From positions 51,345 through 115,344 of the forward strand of contig CAZVHA010000005.1 of assembly GCA_964626905.1 (NCBI GenBank): a stretch of 64,000 nt of DNA. Reading direction: 5' to 3'. The stretch comes from an uncultured bacterium. GTDB lineage: Bacteria; Chlamydiota; Chlamydiia; Chlamydiales; SM23-39. A program made the translations under genes and the position numbers. This document shows, piece by piece, positions 47,613 to 56,988 of the stretch. The notes below the pieces were generated by a model that was not told the origin of the DNA, made no database searches, and worked only from the letters and a program-made list of their open reading frames with translations. Each line of letters begins with the position of its first letter. The first letter of the stretch is position 1.

Positions 47613-49158
47613 AAGGGGTCCTATTTTTCAGATAAAAAGTTGTCCTATACGATTCATTCAAAACATCCCAACTGATCTCCAAATGGGGATTTACCAAGTC
47701 ATCTCCTTGTCTTAGCATTTCGTGAAAGCGCCTCGCATTCATCACGTTTTTCAAGGAAAACTCGAGCTCCACTCTCTCTAAATAGGGCTCTTCTGCCGAA
47801 GAAAGAGTCGGAAATTGAACGAGCTCGACTCTCAGCTCCCTCACATCCATCGGATCATTTTCGCCTCTCAACGCCTCCAAGAGGGGGTGTGAAGAGAGCC
47901 AAGCGAGCACCTCAACCACTTTGGGCGCTGTGGGGAGATAGGGATACTCTCGATTGTTCTCTTCGACCATTTCAATCCACCGATCGATCCGCTCTTCCAT
48001 GCTCCCTTCCAATCCGATCTCTTTAGGCAAAGAAGGATGAAGCATATGGAGCATTTGTTCTTGCGCCGACTTTTCGAATCGAATCCCCCAAAAGAAAAGG
48101 AGCGCACTTAAAAAAAGGGACGTTCCTAAAAGAGCGAGGGCGATTTTCCCCATCCGAATCCAGTTCTTCTTCGGAAAAAATTCTCCTCTTCGAAGCTGCA
48201 GGGGCTTAAAGAGAATCTGCTCTAAGCATAAACCGAGACTCACCGCATATTTTTGCTCTTCCAAAGACAAGGTCCATTCACCGCGCGCGAAATCGATGAG
48301 AAATTCGGGCAGATGGATAAAGGCATCCGTCCTCCCAGTAAAAAGGAGGGGACACACCTTATTTTTGGTATAGGAATAGTGCACTTTTCCAATCTCTTGT
48401 CGCAAGGAATTGAGTTGCATTGATAAATGGGGATTGAGATGCGGCTTGAAAAGGAGCAGATCGATCTGTTGCGCCGCCCCTTCAATCTCCGTTTTTAAAA
48501 GGACCCTTTTTCGGTCATCGTAAAGAGCTGCTAAAAGGTTTTCTACACCAATTGAAATGGGATGCGCCCGTTTTAATCTTCCATTTTCCATAAAGACGCA
48601 AGTAACCCCTTCAGATCCGATATCGACGATAAACGCGTTGGTTACCTTGGGAAATTTCCATCGGATAAAGTGGCAAAGGGCAGAAGCGGTTGTACTCACG
48701 ACATCGGGATCGATCCCCCATTTGGCAAGCTCATCGAGGTGTTTTCTCATCTCACTTCGCGGAATCGTAAAAATGAGAGCCTCTGATTGCCCTTTTTCAA
48801 CGAGGGGAATTGCGAGAATTTCATTCGGTTTAAAATGGCTGAGCGCCTCTGATTTAAAACTCAAGGTCTCTTCCAGATAACGAAAGCTCCCATTTTTAGT
48901 GCCAGTCGTTCGGACTAAAAAGTCGGTCGCAGCAAGCCCACTGACCACTTTCCCTCTGAAAGTTTGAATGTAAAGCCGCTTTACATTTGGCTGTTTTGGA
49001 GCTGCCAAAGCCTCCGAATGGCCATTTGAATCTATTGCCTCTGTCTCCCCAACCATGGGGAGGGTTTCCATCCAGCGGATGTCGATCTTTTGACCCGACT
49101 TTCGGATGAGGCTAACGCGCAAAAAAGGGAAATCTTTATGGACGCCGAGAATCTGCAT
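47602..49158 (-). CDS. PilM/GspL-like protein: actin-fold cytoplasmic domain, single TM, then a periplasmic domain
   Basis: 518 aa. FIVDIGSEGVTCVFMENGRLKRAHPISIGVENLL resembles PilM/FtsA-type nucleotide-binding strands. There is one TM segment (IALALLGTSLFLSALLFFWGI) about two-thirds along. The gene contains palindrome copy C. Confidence 0.45.
   Translation of the reverse strand: MQILGVHKDFPFLRVSLIRKSGQKIDIRWMETLPMVGETEAIDSNGHSEALAAPKQPNVKRLYIQTFRGKVVSGLAATDFLVRTTGTKNGSFRYLEETLSFKSEALSHFKPNEILAIPLVEKGQSEALIFTIPRSEMRKHLDELAKWGIDPDVVSTTASALCHFIRWKFPKVTNAFIVDIGSEGVTCVFMENGRLKRAHPISIGVENLLAALYDDRKRVLLKTEIEGAAQQIDLLLFKPHLNPHLSMQLNSLRQEIGKVHYSYTKNKVCPLLFTGRTDAFIHLPEFLIDFARGEWTLSLEEQKYAVSLGLCLEQILFKPLQLRRGEFFPKKNWIRMGKIALALLGTSLFLSALLFFWGIRFEKSAQEQMLHMLHPSLPKEIGLEGSMEERIDRWIEMVEENNREYPYLPTAPKVVEVLAWLSSHPLLEALRGENDPMDVRELRVELVQFPTLSSAEEPYLERVELEFSLKNVMNARRFHEMLRQGDDLVNPHLEISWDVLNESYRTTFYLKNRTPYVP
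48967..48987. repeat. Copy C of the dispersed palindrome (AATGTAAAGCCGCTTTACATT), inside the PilM/GspL-like gene
   Basis: 21-nt perfect palindrome. It is read on the minus strand in-frame as NVKRLYI. Confidence 0.95.
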
Positions 49159-49212
49159 CTCCCCAGTTTACAGGACATGACGAAAATAGGAAATACCCTT
49201 AATATATGAGCC

Positions 49213-49467
49213 ATGTATTTGATCTACATTGTAAATCTTCTTTTTACGACCTACACGGTGCTCCTCTTCATCCGGATCATCAGTTCTTGGGTTCCCAGTT
49301 GGCAAAGGACTCAGTTCATCCATTTTGTCGCCTTTTACACTGACCCTTACCTCAACCTTTTTCGCCGCCTTCTCCCTCCGATTGGAGGTCGTCTAGACAT
49401 CAGCCCGATCCTCGCTTTTTTTGCTTTGAGGCTCATTGAAATGATTGTGTTATACTTATTGTCATGA
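49213..49467 (+). CDS. YggT family membrane protein
   Basis: 84 aa with LLFIRIISSWVP and LDISPILAFFALRLI, typical of YggT. Confidence 0.8.
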   Translation: MYLIYIVNLLFTTYTVLLFIRIISSWVPSWQRTQFIHFVAFYTDPYLNLFRRLLPPIGGRLDISPILAFFALRLIEMIVLYLLS

Positions 49468-50474
49468 GTGAACCCTTTTTTATCGGCAGTGCCGAACTTC
49501 CCAACAAAATTCTTTACGCGCCCTTGGCAGGGTGTTCTGATCTCCCCTTTCGGCAAATGTCTTGTCGCTACCGCCCAGGAATTGTCTATTGCGAGATGGT
49601 GAAAATCGACGCGCTCGTCCGCAATGACCAGAATACCTATCGGATGCTCGACTATACGGTAGATATGCATCCGATCGGAGCGCAACTGTGTGGGAGCAAG
49701 CCCAAAATCGCCAAAGAGGCGGCCCGTATCGTTGAGGATTTGGGATTTGATGTGATCGATTTAAACTGCGGCTGTCCTGTAGATAAGGTGACTAAGGATG
49801 GGAGCGGATCGGGCCTTCTGAAAACGCCCGATCTGATTGGCGAAATAGTCTCAGAAATCGTCGCGGCAGTAAAAATCCCGGTGACGGTGAAAATCCGTTC
49901 TGGCTGGGATGAAGAGCATATCAATGCGAGCGCAGTTGCCAAGATTGCTGAAAATGCAGGAGCCCGGGCCATCGCCATCCATGGCAGGACCCGAGAGCAG
50001 GGGTATAAAGGGCGGGCCAACTGGGATCACATCAAGGCGTGCAAAGAGGTTGCCAAAGATATTTTAGTGATTGGGAATGGGGATGTATTTGATGCTGAAA
50101 GCGCCCTTCGGATGTTTGCATATACCGGTTGTGATGCGGTGTTAGTTTCTCGCGGGACAATGGGGCAACCTTGGATCGTGGAAGACATCCTGAGGGCTTT
50201 GGACCAAAAAGAGCCGATTGAGCGGTCGGTGGAAATGTTAAGAGGGGGACTTCTGGAGCATTTTGACTGCATTTTAAAATACAAAGATGAGCGGCAATCG
50301 CTCCTCGACATGCGCAGGGTGGGCTGCTGGTATTTAAAACGGTTGACGGGAGTTAAAGAATTGCGTATGCGTATCAATAGGGCTGCGTCCACCATAGAAG
50401 TATTTCAATGCCTTGAAGATTTTTCTTGGGAGATGTCCGGTTGGACCCAAGAGCCAATTGTTAGCGAGTCATAG
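49464..50474 (+). CDS. tRNA-dihydrouridine synthase
   Basis: 336 aa with LAPLAGCSDLPFR, DLNCGCPVDKVTKDGSGSGLL and HGRTREQ blocks. ATGA overlap with yggT. Confidence 0.88.
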   Translation: MSEPFFIGSAELPNKILYAPLAGCSDLPFRQMSCRYRPGIVYCEMVKIDALVRNDQNTYRMLDYTVDMHPIGAQLCGSKPKIAKEAARIVEDLGFDVIDLNCGCPVDKVTKDGSGSGLLKTPDLIGEIVSEIVAAVKIPVTVKIRSGWDEEHINASAVAKIAENAGARAIAIHGRTREQGYKGRANWDHIKACKEVAKDILVIGNGDVFDAESALRMFAYTGCDAVLVSRGTMGQPWIVEDILRALDQKEPIERSVEMLRGGLLEHFDCILKYKDERQSLLDMRRVGCWYLKRLTGVKELRMRINRAASTIEVFQCLEDFSWEMSGWTQEPIVSES

Positions 50475-50475
50475 C

Positions 50476-50745
50476 ATGGAAGAGATCCACATATTTGTGA
50501 GCGGAGTTGTGCAGGGTGTCGGATTTCGGACAGCCGTCAAAAGGCATGCGATGTTCCATCAAATCAAGGGGTATGTGCGCAATTTACCTGATGGGCGAGT
50601 GGAAATTTGCGCGCAGGGGCGCGGCGATCAGATCCATCAGTTTATCAAGACAGTGGAGACGAGGCCGGGTGCGGGGTCGATCACAGGGATCGAGACGAAA
50701 TACCATCCGATGCAAAGTTTTTTTTCCTCATTCGAAGTTCTCTAA
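50476..50745 (+). CDS. acyP: Acylphosphatase
   Basis: 89 aa from the internal ATG, with VSGVVQGVGFRTAVKRHA...GYVRNLPDGRVEI motifs. The track start at 50413 lies inside the dus gene. Confidence 0.85.
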   Translation: MEEIHIFVSGVVQGVGFRTAVKRHAMFHQIKGYVRNLPDGRVEICAQGRGDQIHQFIKTVETRPGAGSITGIETKYHPMQSFFSSFEVL

Positions 50746-51212
50746 CTTTTTTTGAGCCGCTCTTCAAAAATTTTTTCAAGTTGATCGACATTACGAGGGC
50801 TCTCTTTGATCATTTTGGGCTCACTTTTCCCCTTTTTTTTCTTGAGCCATGCGATGAAAGGCCCATTTTCCAAGACATTTGCACCGGCAGTTTTTGCATG
50901 CATTTTGAGGCCTCGATCGTTGGTCACAACGGTAATTTGCTTTTTCCCCTTGCCAAGTTGGATCTCTTCGACGATGTACTCGTCGGCACTTTGCCCTTTG
51001 GGAGTGTAGGCGACCACCAAGGGGCTTGGATAAGACAACCCGCTCTCTTCGCCTCTTTGGTGAGCCCCATCAAAGACGAGCACCCCCTGCAACTTGCGCG
51101 TGGCAAATTTTTTTTGCAGATATCGGATGACTTTTTCTCTGAGCGCCTGGAGGGACCCCTTGGATTCGACGAGGCTAAAAATCAAATTATAGCCATCGAT
51201 GAGATAGATCAT
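50742..51212 (-). CDS. NYN-domain YacP/Rae1-like ribonuclease
   Basis: 156 aa with MIYLIDGYNLIF, VVFDG, SADEYIVEEI and VVTNDRGL blocks. ATGA overlap with rdgB. Confidence 0.75.
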   Translation of the reverse strand: MIYLIDGYNLIFSLVESKGSLQALREKVIRYLQKKFATRKLQGVLVFDGAHQRGEESGLSYPSPLVVAYTPKGQSADEYIVEEIQLGKGKKQITVVTNDRGLKMHAKTAGANVLENGPFIAWLKKKKGKSEPKMIKESPRNVDQLEKIFEERLKKS

Positions 51213-51826
51213 CCCGTTCCCATCACTGATTCGAGCATAGGGATGATTTTATCGAGGGCTTTGCGCCTATGGGAAATCCGATTTTTCACCGATTCGCCGA
51301 GCTCGGCAAAGGTTTTGCTATAGCCGTGCTTGATGAAGAGGGGGTCATAGCCGAAGCCGCTGCCGCCCCGATCTTTTGTGAGAAGAAGCCCTTCGCAGGT
51401 GCCCTTAGTGCACTTTTTAAGTCCTTCAGGTGAGGCGAGGGCGATTGCGCACTCATAAAAAGCTTGTCTATCGTCGTCCATGAGGTGCTGCATCTCTTCG
51501 AGGAGTTTTTTCCGATTGTCGAGATCGCTTGCATGGCCCCCTGCATAGCGGGCGGAAAAAACACCAGGCGCCCCACCTAAGGCGGGGACAACGAGCCCCG
51601 AATCGTCAGCAAGGACCCAACGACCCAAGGCTTTTGCAGCTGCAACTGCCTTTAATGAGGCATTTTCCTCAAAAGTGCCCCCGGTCTCTTCAGGGGAAAC
51701 ATAATTTGGAAAATCGCAAAGACTCAAAAGGTCGATGCGTGGGTAGGGTTTTAGCATGTTCCGCAGTTCACGCACTTTGTGGACATTGGCACTCGCGATG
51801 ACGAGCTCGACTGGTGAAGATGACAT
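51209..51826 (-). CDS. rdgB: dITP/XTP pyrophosphatase (RdgB/HAM1 family)
   Basis: 205 aa with LVIASANVHKVRE, FEENA..KA, DDSGL.VPALGGAPGVFSARY, FGYDPLF and ISHRRKAL. Confidence 0.9.
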   Translation of the reverse strand: MSSSPVELVIASANVHKVRELRNMLKPYPRIDLLSLCDFPNYVSPEETGGTFEENASLKAVAAAKALGRWVLADDSGLVVPALGGAPGVFSARYAGGHASDLDNRKKLLEEMQHLMDDDRQAFYECAIALASPEGLKKCTKGTCEGLLLTKDRGGSGFGYDPLFIKHGYSKTFAELGESVKNRISHRRKALDKIIPMLESVMGTG

Positions 51827-51890
51827 AGGTACTTCCTTGGTCCTTTCAAGATAGTGGATCTATTTTTTCTGAGCAAAGCAATTAATCGAC

Positions 51891-51911
51891 ATATAAGAGG
51901 AGCTCTTATAT
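51891..51911. promoter_or_regulatory. Perfect 9+3+9 dyad, ATATAAGAG-gag-CTCTTATAT, upstream of the aromatic amino acid transporter gene
   Basis: Read directly. It ends 20 nt before the ATG at 51932, in the divergent rdgB/transporter intergenic region. Confidence 0.4.
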
Positions 51912-51931
51912 TCTAGTACCGCTAAGACGTC

Positions 51932-53170
51932 ATGAGCACACAAACACAAAGTAGAGTAGAGGCGGGCTCCTCTTGGAGGGGCGCCCTTCTGGTGAGCGGG
52001 ACCTGTATTGGCGGGGGGATGCTGGCTATGCCCATTCAAACGGGGGCAGCGGGTTTCTTCATTTCCCTTATTGTCGTCCTCATCAGTTGGGCGTTTATGA
52101 CCTTCACTGGCCTACTTCTCGTCGAGGCCACTTTTTGGCTCAAAAATAACACCCACTTTTCCTCTATGACCGAGGCCCTTTTAGGAAAAACGGGGAAAGT
52201 CATCAGTCTTGTGATCTATTTATTTATCAACTGCGCCTCACTGGTTGCCTACACTTCTGGGGGAGCCCATCTGATCGATCATTGGGCCCAAATGCTCACC
52301 GGCTCCTCTTTGGGATATGCCAATAGCTGTCTTTTTTTTACGCTTCTTTTTGGAACCATTGTCTATTTTGGCGCCTATTTTATTACCAAAATGAACAGCC
52401 TATTTATGATTTTCATGGCGATCGTCTATCTTCTCCTCGTGGGAATGGGGATTTTCAGTATTCAAATGAAAAATCTCCTGTTTCGCCCGGAATGGGTCGC
52501 AGGGCTCCACAGTTTTCCTCTGATTATCGCCGCCTTCAGCTATCAAATGATCGTGCCGTCGCTTTGCTCGATTACCCATTACAACTTGGAGGAATCGAAA
52601 AAATCGATTCTCATTGGCACTGCGATCCCGTGTCTCATTTATCTCATTTGGCTATCCGTGGTGCACGGGATTGTCCCATTTGAGGGAAGTGGAGGGCTCC
52701 ACGAGGCCTATGTAAAAGGGTCACTGATCACTGAGTCTTTGCAAAGATATTCAAAGACCTTTTTCCTCGTAATATTGACCGACCTATTTGCATTTTTAGC
52801 TCTCGTCACTTCCTATTTAGGGCTTTCTCTTGCGCTCTTTGACTTTGTGAAGGATCTCTTCAAAAATGGGAAATACAAGGCGAACTGGGTCACCTTTTTA
52901 TCGCTGGTTCCTTCTCTTCTTCTCGCGATCTTTTTCCCAAGGGCTCTTTTAGACTTTTTAGATATGACTGGGGGGTTCGGCGACGCTCTTTTGTCGGGGC
53001 TGATCCCGATTGCGATGGTTTGGGTAGGGCGTTTTCACAAAAAACAGCCCTCCGAGTACCGCGTTTTTGGGGGGAAATGGTCCCTTGTGACAGCGGGGCT
53101 GTTTGCAATCTTCATTTTCATGATCCAATGGATCAAATTGCAGAAGAACTTGTTCAACAGCCCGCTTTGA
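51932..53170 (+). CDS. Aromatic amino acid permease (HAAAP family, TyrP/Mtr/TnaB-like)
   Basis: 412 aa with 11 TM. N-terminal LLVSGTCIGGGMLAMP signature. Confidence 0.85.
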   Translation: MSTQTQSRVEAGSSWRGALLVSGTCIGGGMLAMPIQTGAAGFFISLIVVLISWAFMTFTGLLLVEATFWLKNNTHFSSMTEALLGKTGKVISLVIYLFINCASLVAYTSGGAHLIDHWAQMLTGSSLGYANSCLFFTLLFGTIVYFGAYFITKMNSLFMIFMAIVYLLLVGMGIFSIQMKNLLFRPEWVAGLHSFPLIIAAFSYQMIVPSLCSITHYNLEESKKSILIGTAIPCLIYLIWLSVVHGIVPFEGSGGLHEAYVKGSLITESLQRYSKTFFLVILTDLFAFLALVTSYLGLSLALFDFVKDLFKNGKYKANWVTFLSLVPSLLLAIFFPRALLDFLDMTGGFGDALLSGLIPIAMVWVGRFHKKQPSEYRVFGGKWSLVTAGLFAIFIFMIQWIKLQKNLFNSPL

Positions 53171-53174
53171 AAAA

Positions 53175-54614
53175 TCAATCCTGTTTTTTCTCTTCAGACT
53201 CTCCAGTTACAGTTGTTTTATCCCTTCTCGCCGAGAGATCTCCTGCATTCACAAGAAAATCCATAAGACTATCCGTTGCATTTCGTAAAATGCTCAAAGA
53301 TTGTGATTCGTTATGACTATGAGCATTAGTATTTGGGTCTTCGACGCCCACTAACATTGCGTCAATCCCGGGAAAAGCTTTTTCAAAATCGCAGAACATG
53401 GGGATTGCTCCACCGGTGGGCATGACAGCCGTTTTGGGGTAATATCTGGACATTGATTCTAAAAACTGTCTAGCAAACGGTTTTTCTATCGGATTTGTCG
53501 CCCACGCTTTTGAAGCCGCTCCAATCCGTCTTAAAGTGAGAGGAAGGTTCCAAAGCACCTCTTGCTTATTCAGATATTTTTGAACCACTTCAAAAACTTT
53601 CTCTGGGTCTTGGCCATCGGTCAATCGAATACCAATCGTCGCCTCGGCATGGCTCTGGATAGAGTTGCCTCCTCCCAACTTTCCGCACTCCATATTGATC
53701 ACACTCAAACTTGGTTCATCCGAAACCCTTTGGAAAACGGACTTTGCCGAATCGCCTCTGAGATGAGCTCCCTCGACAACTCTGTGCTCTGCTGCGTATC
53801 CCTCCGCACTGATAGATGCTTCATTTAGCTGTTGAATTTGGGCTTGAGTCAATGGGATACAACCATCCATAAATCCAGGAATTTCTCTCGGATTTTCCAA
53901 ACTACTGACTAATTTACAAAGAGCCATACCCGGGTCTGGGGTAAGACATCCCACTCCACTATGCGTGGGCTGTGCTAGAGCATCCACGCGAAGAGATAGG
54001 GTCAAAATACCTCTTGTAGAAGATTCCAGTGTTCCGGTCCTTTCACTCATATTGCCGCCATCCATTACGACCAAAGCATCGGCATCCAGCATGGCAGCAT
54101 ATTTTTGAATCAGCTGCGTCATGGGCTCTGAGTCATACTCCTCATCGCCCTCAATCAAAACTTTGATGTTGGCTTGCAAATCGATTCCCTCACTTCTTAA
54201 AAACTGCAATGCTTTTGTGATGACAACAACTCCGGCCTTGTCATCGCTTGCGCCGCGACCATAGAGCCTGGCTTCCCTTCGCTCCATGTGGAATGGATTT
54301 GTATCCCATTTGTCCCGATCCACCGGTTGAACATCGTAATGTCCATATAAAAGGATGGTTGGATACGCTGCATTCACCACTCTTTGTGCAAATACAAACT
54401 TTGGCGCATCGCCAATTTCGAGCAATTGCGGCTCAAAATCGCTCTCTTTAAGCAGTTGCACGGTAAATTGGGCTGCATTATCCAACGCCTGCACAGAATA
54501 ATCAGGACTTTTCGGGTTGCTGACTGAAGGGATGGCAACGAACTCCCCCAGAGTTTCTATCATGTGGTGAAAATAGGGATCGTCGATTCTACATTGTATT
54601 TGACTTGCATTCAT
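53175..54614 (-). CDS. M20 family metallopeptidase (dipeptidase-like)
   Basis: 479 aa with LLYGHYDVQPV, LYGRGASDDKAG and EGDEE metal-ligand blocks. Confidence 0.85.
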   Translation of the reverse strand: MNASQIQCRIDDPYFHHMIETLGEFVAIPSVSNPKSPDYSVQALDNAAQFTVQLLKESDFEPQLLEIGDAPKFVFAQRVVNAAYPTILLYGHYDVQPVDRDKWDTNPFHMERREARLYGRGASDDKAGVVVITKALQFLRSEGIDLQANIKVLIEGDEEYDSEPMTQLIQKYAAMLDADALVVMDGGNMSERTGTLESSTRGILTLSLRVDALAQPTHSGVGCLTPDPGMALCKLVSSLENPREIPGFMDGCIPLTQAQIQQLNEASISAEGYAAEHRVVEGAHLRGDSAKSVFQRVSDEPSLSVINMECGKLGGGNSIQSHAEATIGIRLTDGQDPEKVFEVVQKYLNKQEVLWNLPLTLRRIGAASKAWATNPIEKPFARQFLESMSRYYPKTAVMPTGGAIPMFCDFEKAFPGIDAMLVGVEDPNTNAHSHNESQSLSILRNATDSLMDFLVNAGDLSARRDKTTVTGESEEKKQD

Positions 54615-54673
54615 CTATAGGCTCCTCGTTAAGGTTTAAAGAAACGGAGGAGCATAGATCTCAAGTCAATTTC

Positions 54674-56857
54674 TTACAATTCTTTTTGATCAAAAAAGTT
54701 GTCCAAATCTGCAACCATAAACGACTCTCCTTGAAAAGTGAACTTTTCTCCGATGGTTTTTCCCTTCATAGCCTGTGCTAATTTGGACTGGAAAGAGAGG
54801 ATATGTTTTTCCGGATCAGCCTCCCAAGGTCCGAGGAGGGTAAATCGCAAATGTTCCCCTTTGGAGTCGCGCAAGCTGACGACAGAACCGATACCCACTT
54901 CGTCTGTGGAGACATCTTCTGGGGTGATAATGCGAGCCTGATTGATCTGATCTGCGAGGAACTTGAGCTCCGACTGAAGGCGATCGCGCCTTTCGAGCGC
55001 GGCCTTAAACTCGGCGTTTTCGCGCAAATCTCCGTGGGATCTGGCCACTTCGATCTCTTTTGCATTGCCAACTGTTTCTACCGTGGCAATTTGCTGCATG
55101 CGCGCTTGCGTTTTCTGATACCCTTCTTGCGTTGTCCAGATGACACTCTCTTCTGCGACAACGCGATCCTTATCCTTTCGCAACCTAGACAGCGAGGGGT
55201 GGACCACTTCGCCAAGCGAGTGTAAGATTTTGATATCGTGATCTGTTAAAGAGCTGCATTTCGTAGCCAAAAGCAAATACTCTTTCACCTCATCCAAACC
55301 AGAATGGCTCATGATATCGCGCACAATTTTGTATCGATCGGCAGTCAAAAGGAGGAGAATTTTCTTAGCTAAATCGCGATGCTGTACCTTTTTCTCCAAA
55401 AAATCCAAGAGGATGAGAAGCCCCTCAAAGAACCGATTTTTCCCTTCCGGATCAGAGAAGGGGAGTTTCGATTTTTTATCGATGATCTTTTGAAAATACC
55501 AGATAAACACTTCGGGGAAAGAAAGAGGATGGATCAAAAGGGAATTCAGTTTTTGTTTGAGCGTCTCTTTTGTCTTCACCTCATCGAGCTCGCTCAAGAT
55601 AAAATCCCTCAAAAGATTTTGATCTACAGTAAAGAGCAGATCGAGGAAAACTTCTATCCAATCTGCGCGCAATTTTTTGATTCTTTGAAGCGCTTTTTTC
55701 TGAAATCCCATTACGTGAATCGACCGAATCACATCGGGCGCCTTTTGCAAATGGCGAAAGAGCTCATCGATTTGTCCTGACACTTGAGAGACATTGAGCT
55801 CTTCTAAAAAGAAGAGCACTTGCAGTTTTTGACTCTCTTCTAAGTGTTCTTGCGCTAGCAGTTCTTGAAAACGGGCTTGCAAAGAGGTTTTGAACTCGGG
55901 ATTTTTCAGCGTCTCTGGGAAATCGCGCAAAAAAGCATAGACCATTTGGATCGTCGCATTGACTCCAGGCTTTGCCTCAAGTGCCTTATGCAAGGCCACT
56001 TCATGGGGCACCTCCTCTTCCAGAAGGACAAAGGGATCCTTCAATTCTTTGGGACACTGGATTTTGGTATCTTTTTTCAGTTTCGCTCTTGCCGTCTGCC
56101 ACCATCGATTCCAATCATCGACGGGAATGACGAGATCGGAGAGCTCTTCCTTAATTTCGGCCGCTGTTTTGGGACCTAAATCGCGCAACAGAAGGCGGAT
56201 GATCTCACCAGGATTTTCTCTCGCTTCTTTCTCAAAGAAGTCGGGATTTCCGAACCGCTTTGCATAAAAATGCTCCGGCGGCAAAGGGATCAACGTCTTA
56301 AAAGCCTTTTCAAAAGAGAGGTGCTGTACGCCGATCACGTATTCGAATTCCAAAGTGAGCTCTTCTCTTACGAGTGAGACATCGAGAATCTCACCCGTTC
56401 CCCAACCAGCGGAGTGGAAGACAAAATTCCCCTTTTTGATGTGGGTGAGCAGCTCATAATTTCGGATCGCCGACTGAAATCTCTCTCGATTTCTAAGGCC
56501 GATCAGGCGAAATTTTTCGCTGAGAAGAGGATCATCGGGGTACAAATTTTTGAGGTATTCAGTGGCGAGATCTGCGAGCTCTTCGCTATTGGTCGTTTGA
56601 AGATCATATACAAGTCTGAGCGCTTCGTGAGCTCTTTTTGCATCTTTGAGGAGGCGCCAAAAAGGGAGAAGCCGCTCGACATGAACGCCAAAGGGTTTTG
56701 ATAAATCGGATGCCTTGACACTTTCCAAGACAGCGACAATCTCCTCCCCATCGGGCTGATCGCCATAGCAGTATTCTTCCCAAATTTTTAAAAACCCCGG
56801 ATAGTCGTTATTCTGGATCCGTTCGCGAAAATCTTTCAAATAGGCCATATCTTTCAT
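54674..56857 (-). CDS. greA: Transcript cleavage factor GreA, long chlamydial form
   Basis: About 727 aa. The C-terminal roughly 150 aa is canonical GreA (GDLRENAEFKAALERRDRLQSELKFL...GSVVSLRD). It has a large N-terminal extension. The ATG at 56857 is preferred over the track TTG at 56866. Confidence 0.85.
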   Translation of the reverse strand: MKDMAYLKDFRERIQNNDYPGFLKIWEEYCYGDQPDGEEIVAVLESVKASDLSKPFGVHVERLLPFWRLLKDAKRAHEALRLVYDLQTTNSEELADLATEYLKNLYPDDPLLSEKFRLIGLRNRERFQSAIRNYELLTHIKKGNFVFHSAGWGTGEILDVSLVREELTLEFEYVIGVQHLSFEKAFKTLIPLPPEHFYAKRFGNPDFFEKEARENPGEIIRLLLRDLGPKTAAEIKEELSDLVIPVDDWNRWWQTARAKLKKDTKIQCPKELKDPFVLLEEEVPHEVALHKALEAKPGVNATIQMVYAFLRDFPETLKNPEFKTSLQARFQELLAQEHLEESQKLQVLFFLEELNVSQVSGQIDELFRHLQKAPDVIRSIHVMGFQKKALQRIKKLRADWIEVFLDLLFTVDQNLLRDFILSELDEVKTKETLKQKLNSLLIHPLSFPEVFIWYFQKIIDKKSKLPFSDPEGKNRFFEGLLILLDFLEKKVQHRDLAKKILLLLTADRYKIVRDIMSHSGLDEVKEYLLLATKCSSLTDHDIKILHSLGEVVHPSLSRLRKDKDRVVAEESVIWTTQEGYQKTQARMQQIATVETVGNAKEIEVARSHGDLRENAEFKAALERRDRLQSELKFLADQINQARIITPEDVSTDEVGIGSVVSLRDSKGEHLRFTLLGPWEADPEKHILSFQSKLAQAMKGKTIGEKFTFQGESFMVADLDNFFDQKEL

Positions 56858-56988
56858 AGTTTCCAAAAAGGGTTCAAGTTCTTCGGGGGGAAGTATAGCT
56901 CTTCGGCAAAATATTGTTCAAATTAAGAACTGTCTTGCAAGAAATGTCTATACAATCCTACCCTTGCCCCTTCACCCTCTTTGCATAA

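Noticed and set aside
54621-54653. Hairpin GCTCCTC-N19-GAGGAGC downstream of greA
   Set aside because: It has only a 7-bp stem with a 19-nt loop and no U-tract. One arm is simply the GAGGAG ribosome-binding site of the M20 peptidase gene.
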